This document shows, one piece after another, positions 20,507 to 31,418 of a stretch of 64,000 nt of DNA; the first letter of the stretch is position 1; each line of letters opens with the position of its first letter. The stretch is taken from NCBI GenBank assembly GCA_002716945.1, contig PBCF01000002.1:206404-270403 (forward strand), in the 5' to 3' direction. The stretch comes from Gammaproteobacteria bacterium. GTDB taxonomy: Bacteria; Pseudomonadota; Gammaproteobacteria; GCA-002705445; GCA-002716945. A model generated the notes under the pieces. It saw only the letters and a list, made by a program, of their open reading frames with translations, was not told the origin of the DNA and did not search any database. Both the position numbers and the translations under genes were made by a program.

Positions 20507-23332
20507 ATGCGTTTGACAAAGATAAAATTGGCTGGTTTTAAAACTTTTGTTGATCCAACATCGCTATCTTTCCCAAGTAATCTCACCGGTATAATAGGGC
20601 CTAATGGCTGTGGTAAATCTAATATAATTGATGCAATAAAGTGGGTATTAGGAGAATCGTCAGCACGTAGTTTGCGTGGAGAATCAATGGACGATGTAAT
20701 TTTCTCTGGTTCATCTGTGCGTGATCCCATTAGCAATGCAAATATTGAGTTGTATTTTGACAATTCATTAAATACTTTGGACTCTAAATTTGCCAAATAT
20801 AATGAAATTGTAGTAAAAAGAGAAGTCAGCAGAGATGGCAATTCTCAATATTACTTAAATAATACAAAATGTAGACGTAAAGATATTAGAGAAGTATTTT
20901 TAGGAACAGGTCTTGGTCCAAGAAGCTATGCAATTATTGAACAAGGAATGATACCAAAATTAGTTGAATCAAAACCAGAGGAACTTAGGACTTATGTGGA
21001 GGAAGCTGCAGGCATAAGTAAATATAAAGAGAAAAGAAGAGAAACTGAATTGAGATTAAAACATACTAAAGACAATTTAAACAGGCTGAATGATGTTATG
21101 AAAGAAATTAAATCTCAATTAACTAAATTAGAAAGACAAGCAACCTCAGCGAACACTTATAAAGAACTAAAAAATCAAGAAAGAACTTTAAAATTAGATA
21201 TAATTGCAGTTAAATACAAAAATTATGACAGTGAAATTGTTCTCATAGAAAAGGAAATCTCGAAAGATAATATTGAAAATGAAAAGTTTAATTCAGAATT
21301 AACCAGCAAAGATACCTTCATAGAACAAACAAGAATAAAAAGAGAAGATGAACAAAAATTATTTAATGAAACTCAAGGCGATTATTATCAAATTGGAAGT
21401 GAGATAGCTAAATGCGAAAAAGATATAGAGCATTCTCAACAAACTGAATCATCAAGACAAAATACACTGGCTGATTTTGATAAATCTATTAATGATTTGA
21501 TGAAGATTAATAAAGATAACAAATCTAAAATAGACACTATACATATGAAGATATCTGATGAAAATAAGTCTTTACAGGATATTTCAGAAAAATCACAGAA
21601 ATTAACAAAACAGAAATCTGACACTAATCAAGCCCTACAAGATTGGGAGTCTACATATAATAAATTTCTTTCATTACAGCTAGAAACACAAAATAAAGAA
21701 GAGATAGAAAGAACAAAAATAAAATCGTATGAAAAATCATTAGAATCTCTCAATAAAAGACTTAAAATTTTAGAGACCCAAAAATCATCCAATGAAGATA
21801 AAACAGAAAAGAATAAAATACTGAGTGATGCTTTAGATATACAAGAAAAAATTGCCTCGGTTTCAATCGATTTTGAAAGATCAAATGTTGATAGTTCTAA
21901 AAATAAAACTCTTAGCAGCATACCGATTAATCTTAATTTAATAATTAACAAATTTAAATCTTTAGTACAGCAAATTAAAAAATTGGTACGATCTCAACAA
22001 GAAGAAATTGGTGATATAACGAAAAAAATAAAAGAGTATAACGACCTTATAAATAAATCTGACTCTAATTTAAAAACAATAGAAATAGATATCAAGAAAA
22101 ATGATCAGAAAAAAGATCAACTTGAAAATGATAGAATCAGCTTAAAGCAATTGATTGAGAAAATAACTTCTGATTTAGAACAGAATCAAAAAAAACAAAA
22201 TGATTTAAATGTATCTTTATCGTCTTTAAATACTGAAAAGACAGCACTTTTAGAGAATATAAAAAGATATAGTGATGATTTAAGCGCCTTAGAAGATAAA
22301 AAAAGACAATTATTGTCAGATATTAAGATGCCAGAAAATATACCTGAAGATATGCACAAAAAATTAAAAGCACTATTGGATAGTCGACATACTAAAGAAA
22401 AAACATTATCAGATAAGAGAGAGAGTATATCCAACCTTGATCAGAAAATCCAGGAGTCTGAATCTCAAAAAACATCAATAGATAACAAAATATCAAGTTT
22501 AAGAACAGAGCTGGAATCCAAGAAGATAAAGTTGACTGAAAAGAAAGTATCAAGAGATGCACTGAAAGAAAACTCTGATTTAGAAATACAGGATATTAAT
22601 AATGCAATTAAAACACTTAATGATGAATTAAATTTAGAAGATCTTGAAAACAAAATAGATAAAATTAGAAAAAAAATTGATTATTTGGGGCCAATAAATT
22701 TAGCAGCAATAGATGAATTGTCCGAACAACAAGAAAGAAAAAAATATTTAGATACTCAATATGATGACTTATCACAATCTATTACTACTTTAGAGGGGGC
22801 AATCAAAAAAATAGATCATGAAACTAAATCCAAATTTAAAGAAATGTTTGATAATATTAATGAAAATTTGAATTATTTTTTCACCAATATTTTTGGTGGA
22901 GGAAAAGCATATCTTGAAATAAATGAGAAAGACTTATTGAATACTGGTGTTACTATTATGGCTAGACCACCTGGAAAATTAGTAAAGAATATAAGCGCAT
23001 TATCTGGAGGGGAAAAAGCTGGAACTGGAATTGCATTTGTTTTCTCAATATTTAAAATTAATCCAGCACCATTCTGTTTATTAGATGAAGTTGATGCGCC
23101 ACTTGATGAAGGGAATAACAATAGATTCTGTAAAGTTTTAAAAGAAATGTCTAAAACAGTTCAATTTATCTTTATCACACATAATAAATTAACAATGGAG
23201 TCAGCAGACTCACTTTCTGGTGTCACAATGAGAGAAGCTGGCGTCTCCAAGTTAGTATCAGTTAATGTTAATGAAGCAATAAATCTTACCAAAAATAAAG
23301 ATAATATTAGACCTTTACGCCCTACAAATTAA
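20507..23332 (+). CDS. smc: Chromosome partition protein SMC (short, 941 aa)
   Basis: N-terminal Walker A (GPNGCGKSNIIDAI), long K/E-rich coiled coils, a hinge, and the C-terminal ABC signature and Walker B (LSGGEKAGTGIAF, LLDEVDAPLD). Confidence 0.9.
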   Translation: MRLTKIKLAGFKTFVDPTSLSFPSNLTGIIGPNGCGKSNIIDAIKWVLGESSARSLRGESMDDVIFSGSSVRDPISNANIELYFDNSLNTLDSKFAKYNEIVVKREVSRDGNSQYYLNNTKCRRKDIREVFLGTGLGPRSYAIIEQGMIPKLVESKPEELRTYVEEAAGISKYKEKRRETELRLKHTKDNLNRLNDVMKEIKSQLTKLERQATSANTYKELKNQERTLKLDIIAVKYKNYDSEIVLIEKEISKDNIENEKFNSELTSKDTFIEQTRIKREDEQKLFNETQGDYYQIGSEIAKCEKDIEHSQQTESSRQNTLADFDKSINDLMKINKDNKSKIDTIHMKISDENKSLQDISEKSQKLTKQKSDTNQALQDWESTYNKFLSLQLETQNKEEIERTKIKSYEKSLESLNKRLKILETQKSSNEDKTEKNKILSDALDIQEKIASVSIDFERSNVDSSKNKTLSSIPINLNLIINKFKSLVQQIKKLVRSQQEEIGDITKKIKEYNDLINKSDSNLKTIEIDIKKNDQKKDQLENDRISLKQLIEKITSDLEQNQKKQNDLNVSLSSLNTEKTALLENIKRYSDDLSALEDKKRQLLSDIKMPENIPEDMHKKLKALLDSRHTKEKTLSDKRESISNLDQKIQESESQKTSIDNKISSLRTELESKKIKLTEKKVSRDALKENSDLEIQDINNAIKTLNDELNLEDLENKIDKIRKKIDYLGPINLAAIDELSEQQERKKYLDTQYDDLSQSITTLEGAIKKIDHETKSKFKEMFDNINENLNYFFTNIFGGGKAYLEINEKDLLNTGVTIMARPPGKLVKNISALSGGEKAGTGIAFVFSIFKINPAPFCLLDEVDAPLDEGNNNRFCKVLKEMSKTVQFIFITHNKLTMESADSLSGVTMREAGVSKLVSVNVNEAINLTKNKDNIRPLRPTN

Positions 23333-23333
23333 A

Positions 23334-25346
23334 ATGGCCTTGTCAAAATCAAAAGCAAGAGTAAAAATTAAAGAACTCATAACAGAAATAAATTATCATA
23401 ATAAACACTATCATGCTTACGATGACCCTAAAATAAGTGATCAAGAATATGACTTGATGTATTCAGAATTAAAATTACTTGAGTCTAAATTTCCTGATTT
23501 GATACTAGAAAACTCACCCACCCAAAATGTCGGGGCAGCTACTTCGAGTGGATTTAAAAAAATTAAACATAAAATACCTATGTTGTCGCTTAATAACGCG
23601 TCTGATCAAAATGACTTTATTGAATTTTATGAAAAATTACAAACACATACTGAGGATAATATTAAATTGTACGCTGAACCTAAATTTGATGGATTAGCTA
23701 TTTCTATAGAATATATAGATGGTGAACTTAAATCAGCTGTAACTCGTGGTGATGGGAATATAGGTGAAGATGTCATTTCTAATATTAAAACTATTAAATC
23801 GCTTCCATTAGTTCTTAATTCAAAAAAAATACCTTCTATAATGACATTAAGAGCGGAAGTATACATGCTTAAAAAAGATTTTAATAATCTTAACAAAAAA
23901 CTCAAATCTTTGAATGAAGATACTTATGCAAACCCTAGAAATGTAGCTGCAGGAAGTATTAGACAGTTGGACCACAAAATTGCCGCTAAAAGAAATTTAC
24001 AGATTTACTTCCACGGAGTTGCAGACATGGATCCAAATTTTGCACAAGAGACACACTCTTCATATATGAATTTGCTAAAAAAATTTGGATTACCTGTATC
24101 TGAATTAAATCATTCCTCCTCTAATCTAGACAATGCAATAAAATATTATAAAGAAATTGAAAAAGAAAGAGAAAATTTACCATATGAGATTGATGGTGTT
24201 GTTTTTAAAGTTGATAATTTAAAACTACAAAAAAAGCTTGGACAGACATCTAAAGCACCCAAATGGTCTATTGCTTATAAATTTCAATCTGCTTCTAAAA
24301 TAACCAAATTAATTGACGTGACATTCCAAGTAGGAAGAACTGGAATAATAACACCTGTTGCAGAGTTGGAAACTCTAAATATTGGAGGTGTAAAAGTATC
24401 TAGAGCAAGTCTACATAATATGGATGAAATTACTAAAAAAGACATACAAATTGGAGACTATGTTCTTGTTAAACGTGCTGGTGATGTCATTCCAGATATA
24501 GTAAAAACTATAATTACAAAAAGAAAGAATACAAAAAAAATATTAATGCCTAAACATTGCCCAGCCTGCGGATCTATAATTAAAAAAATTGAAACACAAG
24601 CTCAATATAGATGCATTAATCAAAATAGTTGTAAGCCTCAAATTAAACAATCCATTATACATTTTGCATCTAGGAAGGCTATGAATATAGATGGGCTAGG
24701 CGATTCTATTATAAATGATTTGGTTGAATTAAAAAAAATTTTTAGTTATGCAGATATTTATACTCTAAGATATAATGATTTAATATCTTTAGATAGAATG
24801 GGTGATTTATCTACAAACAATCTTTTAAAATCTATTGAAAAATCTAAAAATGTTACATTTGATAAATTTATATATGCTCTTGGTATAAAAGAAGTTGGAG
24901 AAACAACAGCAAAAATGATAAGTAGTAATTTCAAGTCTATTAATAAATTTTTCAAAACCACTAATGATGATTTAGAATATATACAAGATATAGGTCCAAT
25001 TGTCTCGAAGAATATAATTAAGTTTATTTTAGATAAGAAAAATATAGAAAATATTAAAAACTTATTAAAATATGGAGTTAATATTGAATATAATCTTAAC
25101 GAAAAATTAACTAACTCAAAAAATGAATCTTTTGTAATTACAGGTACATTTAATAACTACACTAGAGATGATTTGAAAGAGTTATTAGCTGCTAAAGGGT
25201 TATTAGTTTCAAATAACATCTCTAAAAAAACTTCGGGTTTAATTGTTGGCGATAAACCAGGTTCAAAATATCAAAAAGCTTTAGATTTAAAAATTAAGAT
25301 AATTTTAGAGAAAGATTTGATTAAGTTTCTCGAAGAATTTCATTAA
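23334..25346 (+). CDS. ligA: NAD-dependent DNA ligase LigA
   Basis: 670 aa with the KxDG adenylation motif ([13 protein letters not shown]), a Zn finger (CPACGS...C), HhH and a C-terminal BRCT domain. Confidence 0.95.
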   Translation: MALSKSKARVKIKELITEINYHNKHYHAYDDPKISDQEYDLMYSELKLLESKFPDLILENSPTQNVGAATSSGFKKIKHKIPMLSLNNASDQNDFIEFYEKLQTHTEDNIKLYAEPKFDGLAISIEYIDGELKSAVTRGDGNIGEDVISNIKTIKSLPLVLNSKKIPSIMTLRAEVYMLKKDFNNLNKKLKSLNEDTYANPRNVAAGSIRQLDHKIAAKRNLQIYFHGVADMDPNFAQETHSSYMNLLKKFGLPVSELNHSSSNLDNAIKYYKEIEKERENLPYEIDGVVFKVDNLKLQKKLGQTSKAPKWSIAYKFQSASKITKLIDVTFQVGRTGIITPVAELETLNIGGVKVSRASLHNMDEITKKDIQIGDYVLVKRAGDVIPDIVKTIITKRKNTKKILMPKHCPACGSIIKKIETQAQYRCINQNSCKPQIKQSIIHFASRKAMNIDGLGDSIINDLVELKKIFSYADIYTLRYNDLISLDRMGDLSTNNLLKSIEKSKNVTFDKFIYALGIKEVGETTAKMISSNFKSINKFFKTTNDDLEYIQDIGPIVSKNIIKFILDKKNIENIKNLLKYGVNIEYNLNEKLTNSKNESFVITGTFNNYTRDDLKELLAAKGLLVSNNISKKTSGLIVGDKPGSKYQKALDLKIKIILEKDLIKFLEEFH

Positions 25347-26127
25347 TACTAACCTTACTTCTAGTTTTTTCATCAACCTTTTTTACAATTACTGCGCAAT
25401 ACAAACTATATTTTCCGTTTTTTGATGGAAGGGAACCTGAGACAACCACAGACCCTTCAGGTATTCGGCCAAAACTAACTTTGTCAGTCTCGCGATCATA
25501 AATTTTTGTGCTTTTTCCAATATATACGCCCATTGATATAACAGCATTTTTTTCAACAATAACGCCTTCAACAATTTCTGAGCGTGCTCCAATAAAGCAA
25601 TTATCTTCAATTATAGTTGGATTTGCTTGCATTGGTTCTAATACCCCGCCAATACCAACGCCCCCAGATAGATGCACATTTTTTCCTATCTGAGCACATG
25701 ATCCAACCGTAGCCCATGTATCTACCATTGTACCTGAATCTACATACGCCCCTATATTTATAAATGAAGGCATGAGTACAACATTTTCAGCAATAAAAGA
25801 TCCTTCTCTTGCAATAGCTTGTGGGACAATTCTAATATTTTTCTCTCGCAAATAGTCTTCGTCAAGTGTTTGAAATTTAGATTCTAACTTATCATAAAAT
25901 TTCGTGTAACCTGTATCTACTAATTTATTTTTTTTTATTTTAAATGAAAGTAATATTGCTTTTTTTATCCATTGATTAACATTCCATTTACCGTTAATTT
26001 TTTCTGCTATCCGTATTTGGCCTGAATTTAATTTAAAAAACACATCGTCAATAATTTTTTTAATTTCATTTTCATCAGAAATACCCTTGTCATATGCATT
26101 TTCTATTATTTCTATCTCGTCAGTCAT
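25321..26127 (-). CDS. dapD: 2,3,4,5-tetrahydropyridine-2,6-dicarboxylate N-succinyltransferase
   Basis: 268 aa with hexapeptide-repeat left-handed beta-helix motifs. It overlaps the ligA 3' end convergently. Confidence 0.9.
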   Translation of the reverse strand: MTDEIEIIENAYDKGISDENEIKKIIDDVFFKLNSGQIRIAEKINGKWNVNQWIKKAILLSFKIKKNKLVDTGYTKFYDKLESKFQTLDEDYLREKNIRIVPQAIAREGSFIAENVVLMPSFINIGAYVDSGTMVDTWATVGSCAQIGKNVHLSGGVGIGGVLEPMQANPTIIEDNCFIGARSEIVEGVIVEKNAVISMGVYIGKSTKIYDRETDKVSFGRIPEGSVVVSGSLPSKNGKYSLYCAVIVKKVDEKTRSKVSINEILRET

Positions 26128-26133
26128 ATAATT

Positions 26134-27546
26134 TTAGAGTGTTTGTGGAATTCTCTTATGAATATTAATTTCTTCATCCATTATGTTGTCTTTCGTATCT
26201 AAGAATACAAGGATATCGTAATATTGTCTAATATTTTGAACATACTTTAACGCTTCCCATCCTCTTGCATAGCCATATTTAGTTAGTTTATAAAATTTTG
26301 CTTTACTTAGTTGATTAAAAAACGGTTTAGCGTTAACCCATGAATAAGGATTCTTAGTAGAATTTTTTGCTAAATTAAACACATCCATAACATGCCCAAA
26401 TCCTATATTATAAGAAGCTAAAGTAAACCATACTTTATCGCTCTCATTAATATTTTTTGGTAGTCTATGATATATTTCGTCAATGTATTTAGCTCCTCCA
26501 AATATACTTTCTTTTGGGTCTAAACGATTAGCTACTCCTAAATGTTTTGAAGTATTTAGGGTTAACATCATGAGTCCTTTTACCCCAGTATAAGAAACAG
26601 CATTCTCTCTCCACCTAGACTCCTGGTAAGAAACACTTGCGAGTAATCTCCAATCTAAATTATATTTTTCAGCAGCTTCTTTAAATAATTTTTCATATTT
26701 TGGCAAATAAACAATTATATCTTTAAGAAAATTTCTAGAACCAACAAAACTAAAATTATTTCTATGCCCAAAATGTTTTTCTGACAATTCATTAAGTCTT
26801 TCAGACGAATTCATAAATTTAAAAAATTCATTAATTTTTATTATCAAACTATCATCTATATTTTTTGAAACAGCCCATGCAAGCGGTTCATTTTTTGATA
26901 AATTAAATGCTACTTCCAATTCAGGGTAATATCTTTTATATATTTTATATTCATTTGAATTAATTATCGTAAAATCGATTAATCCTTCACTTATCATTTC
27001 AACTAGTTCATCAGTATTTGAATCATCTAATTCTGACCATTTAATATTGGTATATTTTTTTTTAAGTTCAGACAATAGATGAATATGGTTTTTTGTATTT
27101 AGTATATCGATAACAGTGGATTCTATTTGATTAATCTTTTTAGGTTTAAATCTTAATTTTGCATTATAGATCAATAATTGATCAATATTTTCATACGAAT
27201 TAGAAAAATTAAAAATTTTTTTATTAGTATCAGAAGAAGTCATACCAACAAGAATATTACTTCTGTTGAAATTAATTTTATCTTTTATTAAATCAAAATT
27301 TTCTTCTGTAACGACTTCCATTTCAACATCAAGATATTGCGAAAATTCTTTCATTAAATCATATTCAAATCCTTGTGTATTGTCTTTTATATTATAGTAT
27401 GTGGTAGGACTAACTCTTGTAACAAAAATAATTTTCTCTGCACTTATAATTCTATCTACATAGTTCTTTGGAAAATAATATATTAGATTAAATGAAATTC
27501 CAATTATGACTGTGACTATAATAAATCGTAAAATAAACTTTAACAT
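26134..27546 (-). CDS. mltF: Membrane-bound lytic murein transglycosylase F (solute-binding-like domain plus SLT domain)
   Basis: 470 aa with a signal/TM N-terminus, a periplasmic binding-protein-like domain, and the SLT catalytic region (SYQESRWRENAVSYTGVKGLMMLT). Confidence 0.85.
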   Translation of the reverse strand: MLKFILRFIIVTVIIGISFNLIYYFPKNYVDRIISAEKIIFVTRVSPTTYYNIKDNTQGFEYDLMKEFSQYLDVEMEVVTEENFDLIKDKINFNRSNILVGMTSSDTNKKIFNFSNSYENIDQLLIYNAKLRFKPKKINQIESTVIDILNTKNHIHLLSELKKKYTNIKWSELDDSNTDELVEMISEGLIDFTIINSNEYKIYKRYYPELEVAFNLSKNEPLAWAVSKNIDDSLIIKINEFFKFMNSSERLNELSEKHFGHRNNFSFVGSRNFLKDIIVYLPKYEKLFKEAAEKYNLDWRLLASVSYQESRWRENAVSYTGVKGLMMLTLNTSKHLGVANRLDPKESIFGGAKYIDEIYHRLPKNINESDKVWFTLASYNIGFGHVMDVFNLAKNSTKNPYSWVNAKPFFNQLSKAKFYKLTKYGYARGWEALKYVQNIRQYYDILVFLDTKDNIMDEEINIHKRIPQTL

Positions 27547-29345
27547 TAATTTGTTTTATATTTATTTTGTGTTTTTTTATTATAAGGCCTTCTTCTTTTG
27601 TTATTATAGGAGCGATATTTATTTTGTTTATAATTACTATTTCTATTGAATCTTCTAACTCTATTTCTATTTGGTTTTTGTTCAGCATCTTTAGCTGTAT
27701 CACTTTTACCAAACAAGGTCTTCATTATTTTACTGAAAAAATTATCCTTATTAGTTGATTCTCTATCAGTTGAACGAGGCTTAGGTGGTGGAGATTTGGG
27801 TTTTATTGAAGATACAAATGCTGTCTGAGACATATTTTTTGTATTTTCTTTTGGAACAACTTCATTTAATTTTACATTTTTCTTAAACTCTTCTTCTGAT
27901 AATCCTTGCTTATCTATTGAATAATTAGATCCTTCTAACTCTGGATCGGGTATAATTTTAATATCTGTAGACTGTCTTTTCTCAATATTCTGAATCATTT
28001 CTCTTTTTTCATTTAATAAATATGTTGCCAGTCTAACAGGAAGATAAACGGTTAATTTTTCACTTTTGATTGCTTCCTCTTCAACTATTCTTGCAATTGA
28101 AACTGACAGTGTTGACAGAGATTTAATATGTCCAGAGCCACTACATGTTGGACAATATTCATTACTACTATCTAACATTGTAGATTTTAATTTTTGTCTA
28201 GAAACTTCCATTAATCCAAATTTCGAAATTCTACCAAATTGTATTTTTGCTCTATCAAGTTTAGCTAATTCAGCCATTTTTCTCATTACAGTTCCTTTAG
28301 ATTTCATAGACAACATATCAATAAAATCAATTACAATTAATCCACCTATATCTCTCAGTTTTAATTGAGTTGTAATTATACTTACAGCTTCTAGATTAGT
28401 ATTTAATGCTGTTTCTTCAATATCGCCACCTTGAGTAGATTTTGCTGAATTAACATCAATGCTAGTTAATGCTTCAGTTTTATCAAAAACAACATTACCG
28501 CCTGACGGTAAAGAAACTTTTCTTCTGTATACATTTTGTATTTGTGATTCTATTCTATGTTTACTAAATATTGGAACTGAATCTTCGTATAAATTCGATT
28601 TTGCAGAAAAATGTGGCATGAAATGTTCTTTAGCATTTAAGAACTCTTCATAGAAACTTTTGTTATCAATGATTACTTCATCAATATCGTCATTACAATA
28701 ATCTCTAATTAGTCGTGCCATCATACTACTTTCTTGATAAATTAAAAAAGGAGCTTTTTTAAGAACCGATCCCTCTAAAACAGATTCATAAATTTGAATT
28801 AGATAATTCATATCCCATGTTAGAGATTCTTTTGACGCATCTAGACCTGATGTTCTGAGGATTACACTCATGCCATCAGGTATATCTAAATTATTTAACA
28901 GTTTTTTAGCTTGTAATCTATCATCGCCTTCCAATCTTCTTGATATGCCACCTGTATTAGGATTTTTTGGTAGCAAGACTAAGTATTTACCAGCAAGACT
29001 AAGATAAGTTGATAATGCAGCACCTTTTGTACCGCGTTCTTCTTTATCTACTTGAACAACAATTTCTTTACCTGATTCTAAACAATCTTTTGAAGATTTG
29101 CTTTTACCAGGTACAAAGATTTCACTTGATATTTCCTTAAACGGAAGAAATCCATGTCTAGATCTGCCAAAGTTTACAAAGGCAGCTTCTAAGCTAGGCT
29201 CTACCCTCGAAATTATTCCTTTGTAAATATTTGACTTTATGTTTTTCGAAGGAATTTCTATATCTAAATCTATTAAACTGTTGTCCTGTATTATAGCAAG
29301 ACGTACCTCTTCCTTCTGTGAGGCATTCAAAAGTATTTGCTTCAT
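27546..29345 (-). CDS. rne: Ribonuclease E, truncated form (catalytic domain plus a short Arg/Lys-rich tail)
   Basis: 599 aa. It has an S1 plus RNase E/G catalytic core (GGLIVIDFIDM, zinc-link CPTCSGSG), then a basic tail (NRNRVRRFNRNSNYKQNKYRSYNNKRRRPYNKK). It is divergent from rluC, as in E. coli rne-rluC. Confidence 0.85.
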   Translation of the reverse strand: MKQILLNASQKEEVRLAIIQDNSLIDLDIEIPSKNIKSNIYKGIISRVEPSLEAAFVNFGRSRHGFLPFKEISSEIFVPGKSKSSKDCLESGKEIVVQVDKEERGTKGAALSTYLSLAGKYLVLLPKNPNTGGISRRLEGDDRLQAKKLLNNLDIPDGMSVILRTSGLDASKESLTWDMNYLIQIYESVLEGSVLKKAPFLIYQESSMMARLIRDYCNDDIDEVIIDNKSFYEEFLNAKEHFMPHFSAKSNLYEDSVPIFSKHRIESQIQNVYRRKVSLPSGGNVVFDKTEALTSIDVNSAKSTQGGDIEETALNTNLEAVSIITTQLKLRDIGGLIVIDFIDMLSMKSKGTVMRKMAELAKLDRAKIQFGRISKFGLMEVSRQKLKSTMLDSSNEYCPTCSGSGHIKSLSTLSVSIARIVEEEAIKSEKLTVYLPVRLATYLLNEKREMIQNIEKRQSTDIKIIPDPELEGSNYSIDKQGLSEEEFKKNVKLNEVVPKENTKNMSQTAFVSSIKPKSPPPKPRSTDRESTNKDNFFSKIMKTLFGKSDTAKDAEQKPNRNRVRRFNRNSNYKQNKYRSYNNKRRRPYNKKTQNKYKTN

Positions 29346-29584
29346 TTTTAATCCTGTTTATCATTTTATTAAATGAAAATATGGCCTTTTTATTACATGA
29401 ATTTTGTTTGCTATATAATTTCGCGTTTATTCATATCACTTTCACAAAACGCTATTTTTCTCTTATTTAGGCCTTTAATTTCTTATTAATTTAATTAATC
29501 TAATAGCTAAACAATTTAAAATTCTTTGAGTTAATATATCAATGATTTAAGATATCTTCAAACACAATTTATAAAAAAATAATT
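29346..29584 (-). promoter_or_regulatory. rne promoter and long 5' leader, with the divergent rluC promoter (candidate autoregulatory UTR)
   Basis: This 239-nt region is the largest intergenic gap in the window. In E. coli the rne 5' UTR is long and autoregulated by RNase E. I could not model the structure by eye. Confidence 0.4.
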
Positions 29585-30493
29585 ATGGTAGTGAAATATA
29601 TACATATATCTGAAGATGAAACAGGCCAAAGACTTGATAATTTTTTACTAAAAAAGTTAAAAGGAGTGCCTAGAAGCCTTATATATAAAATTATACGTGG
29701 AGGACAGGTACGTATAAATAAGGGAAGATCTAAGGTTTCATATAAATTGTCAAAAAATGACATATTACGAATTCCGCCAATAACCACCACAGAAAACAGT
29801 ATGGGTATATCCCGTAAATTTCTAGATAATCTAGAAAAAAACATAATATATGATCATAAAGATTTTATGGTTATAGATAAACCCCCTAAGATTGCAGTTC
29901 ATTCTGGAACAGGGCTTAAAAATGATATTATTTCTTCAATTAAATCAATAGACAAATATAAAAATATAACACCGGTGCACCGGTTAGACAAAAACACTAG
30001 CGGTTGTTTAATTTTGGCCAAGAACTACAAGGCAGCTTCTTTTTTTGGATCTATTATGAAAAAAATTCAGAAGACATATAAAGTTTTATTAAAAGGAAAA
30101 TTGCCAGAAGATAATATAATTGTTGAACAACCACTAATAAATTCACGACAGGGCGGTAAGAGAAAAATTGTTGTCTCGAATCCAGGAAAGATATCAAAAT
30201 CCACATTCATTAAAATACATGAGTTTAACTATCTAACACTAGTTAATGTAGTTTTAGATACTGGAAGAACCCATCAAATCAGAGTACATGCAGCAAATAT
30301 TGAACACCCTGTGTGCGGAGATAGAATTTATGGGGATGAGGACGTTAACAAAGAACTTCTTACATTTGGGCTAGACCGTATTTTTTTGCATGCAGAAAAA
30401 ATATCTTTTGTTTATGATAAAAAATATATATTTGAATCAAAATTGCCCAATGATTTATCAAATGTTCTTGATAATATTAGAGACGGCCAATGA
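29585..30493 (+). CDS. rluC: 23S rRNA pseudouridine synthase RluC (RluA family)
   Basis: 302 aa with an S4 domain and the catalytic motif HRLDKNTSGCLILAKN. Confidence 0.85.
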   Translation: MVVKYIHISEDETGQRLDNFLLKKLKGVPRSLIYKIIRGGQVRINKGRSKVSYKLSKNDILRIPPITTTENSMGISRKFLDNLEKNIIYDHKDFMVIDKPPKIAVHSGTGLKNDIISSIKSIDKYKNITPVHRLDKNTSGCLILAKNYKAASFFGSIMKKIQKTYKVLLKGKLPEDNIIVEQPLINSRQGGKRKIVVSNPGKISKSTFIKIHEFNYLTLVNVVLDTGRTHQIRVHAANIEHPVCGDRIYGDEDVNKELLTFGLDRIFLHAEKISFVYDKKYIFESKLPNDLSNVLDNIRDGQ

Positions 30494-30514
30494 TAAAAAT
30501 GAGATAATAAATAT

Positions 30515-31414
30515 ATGGACAATAATGAATTATTAAATAATCTTATAAATTCTTTACTTGAAGATAGAAGGATTGAGAGAAGGAATAAGCTCATATTTAG
30601 AGTTTTTTCGGGTATTCTTATTATCTTTTTTTTATATATACTTTTATTTCCTTCAGATAGATTTTCAACAACATACGAACATACTGGATTAGTAGAGATT
30701 AATGGAGTTATATCTTCATCTAGCAATGCTAGTGTTGAAAAAATAATTCCAAGCATAAAGGATGCTTTAGATAATGAATCATGTATTGGCGTAATAATTA
30801 AAATTAATAGTCCAGGTGGCAGCGCAACACAGTCCAAAATTATCCATGATGAAATTTTAAAACTCAGGCTTAATACCAAAAAACCTATATATACTGTCAT
30901 TGAAGATATGGGTACATCTGGTGGATACTATATTGCTGCTAGTAGCGAAAAAATAATTTCTAACCAATCTAGCATAGTTGGATCAATTGGAGTACGTATT
31001 GATAGTTTAAATGTTAAATCACTTTTTGATAAACTTGGCATAAAGTCACAGTCTATTGCATCAGGCGAAGATAAATTAATTTTAGATCCATTTCGAGAGC
31101 TTTCTGATGAACATAGATTACATTTAGAGAAATTAACAAGTGAAATACATAATCAATTTGTATCAGATATTAAAAAATCCAGGGGTAATAAAATAAAGAC
31201 TGACAAAATCTTTAGTGGTCTTTTTTGGACAGGGATAGAAGCTAAAAAGCTTGGTTTAGTAGATGAACTTGGCTCTTTATATGATGTTAATAAAAAGTAT
31301 CTTCAGGATAGTAAAATCATTAACTATACTCGTAAAGAAAATGTATTGGAAACAATAATCCAAAAAACTGTCTCACAAATACTACAAAATAATTATTTAA
31401 ATATAAATCACTAA
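30515..31414 (+). CDS. sppA: Signal peptide peptidase SppA, 36K type (S49 family)
   Basis: 299 aa with an N-terminal TM and the S49 catalytic region (SPGGSATQS...GTSGGYYIAA, FWTGIEAKKLGLVDELG). Confidence 0.85.
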   Translation: MDNNELLNNLINSLLEDRRIERRNKLIFRVFSGILIIFFLYILLFPSDRFSTTYEHTGLVEINGVISSSSNASVEKIIPSIKDALDNESCIGVIIKINSPGGSATQSKIIHDEILKLRLNTKKPIYTVIEDMGTSGGYYIAASSEKIISNQSSIVGSIGVRIDSLNVKSLFDKLGIKSQSIASGEDKLILDPFRELSDEHRLHLEKLTSEIHNQFVSDIKKSRGNKIKTDKIFSGLFWTGIEAKKLGLVDELGSLYDVNKKYLQDSKIINYTRKENVLETIIQKTVSQILQNNYLNINH

Positions 31415-31418
31415 AATA

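Noticed and set aside
20990-22700. Highly repetitive-looking K/E/N/L-rich stretch within smc.
   Set aside because: This is the amino-acid periodicity of the coiled-coil arms in an AT-biased genome, not tandem DNA repeats. No exact nucleotide repeats were found.
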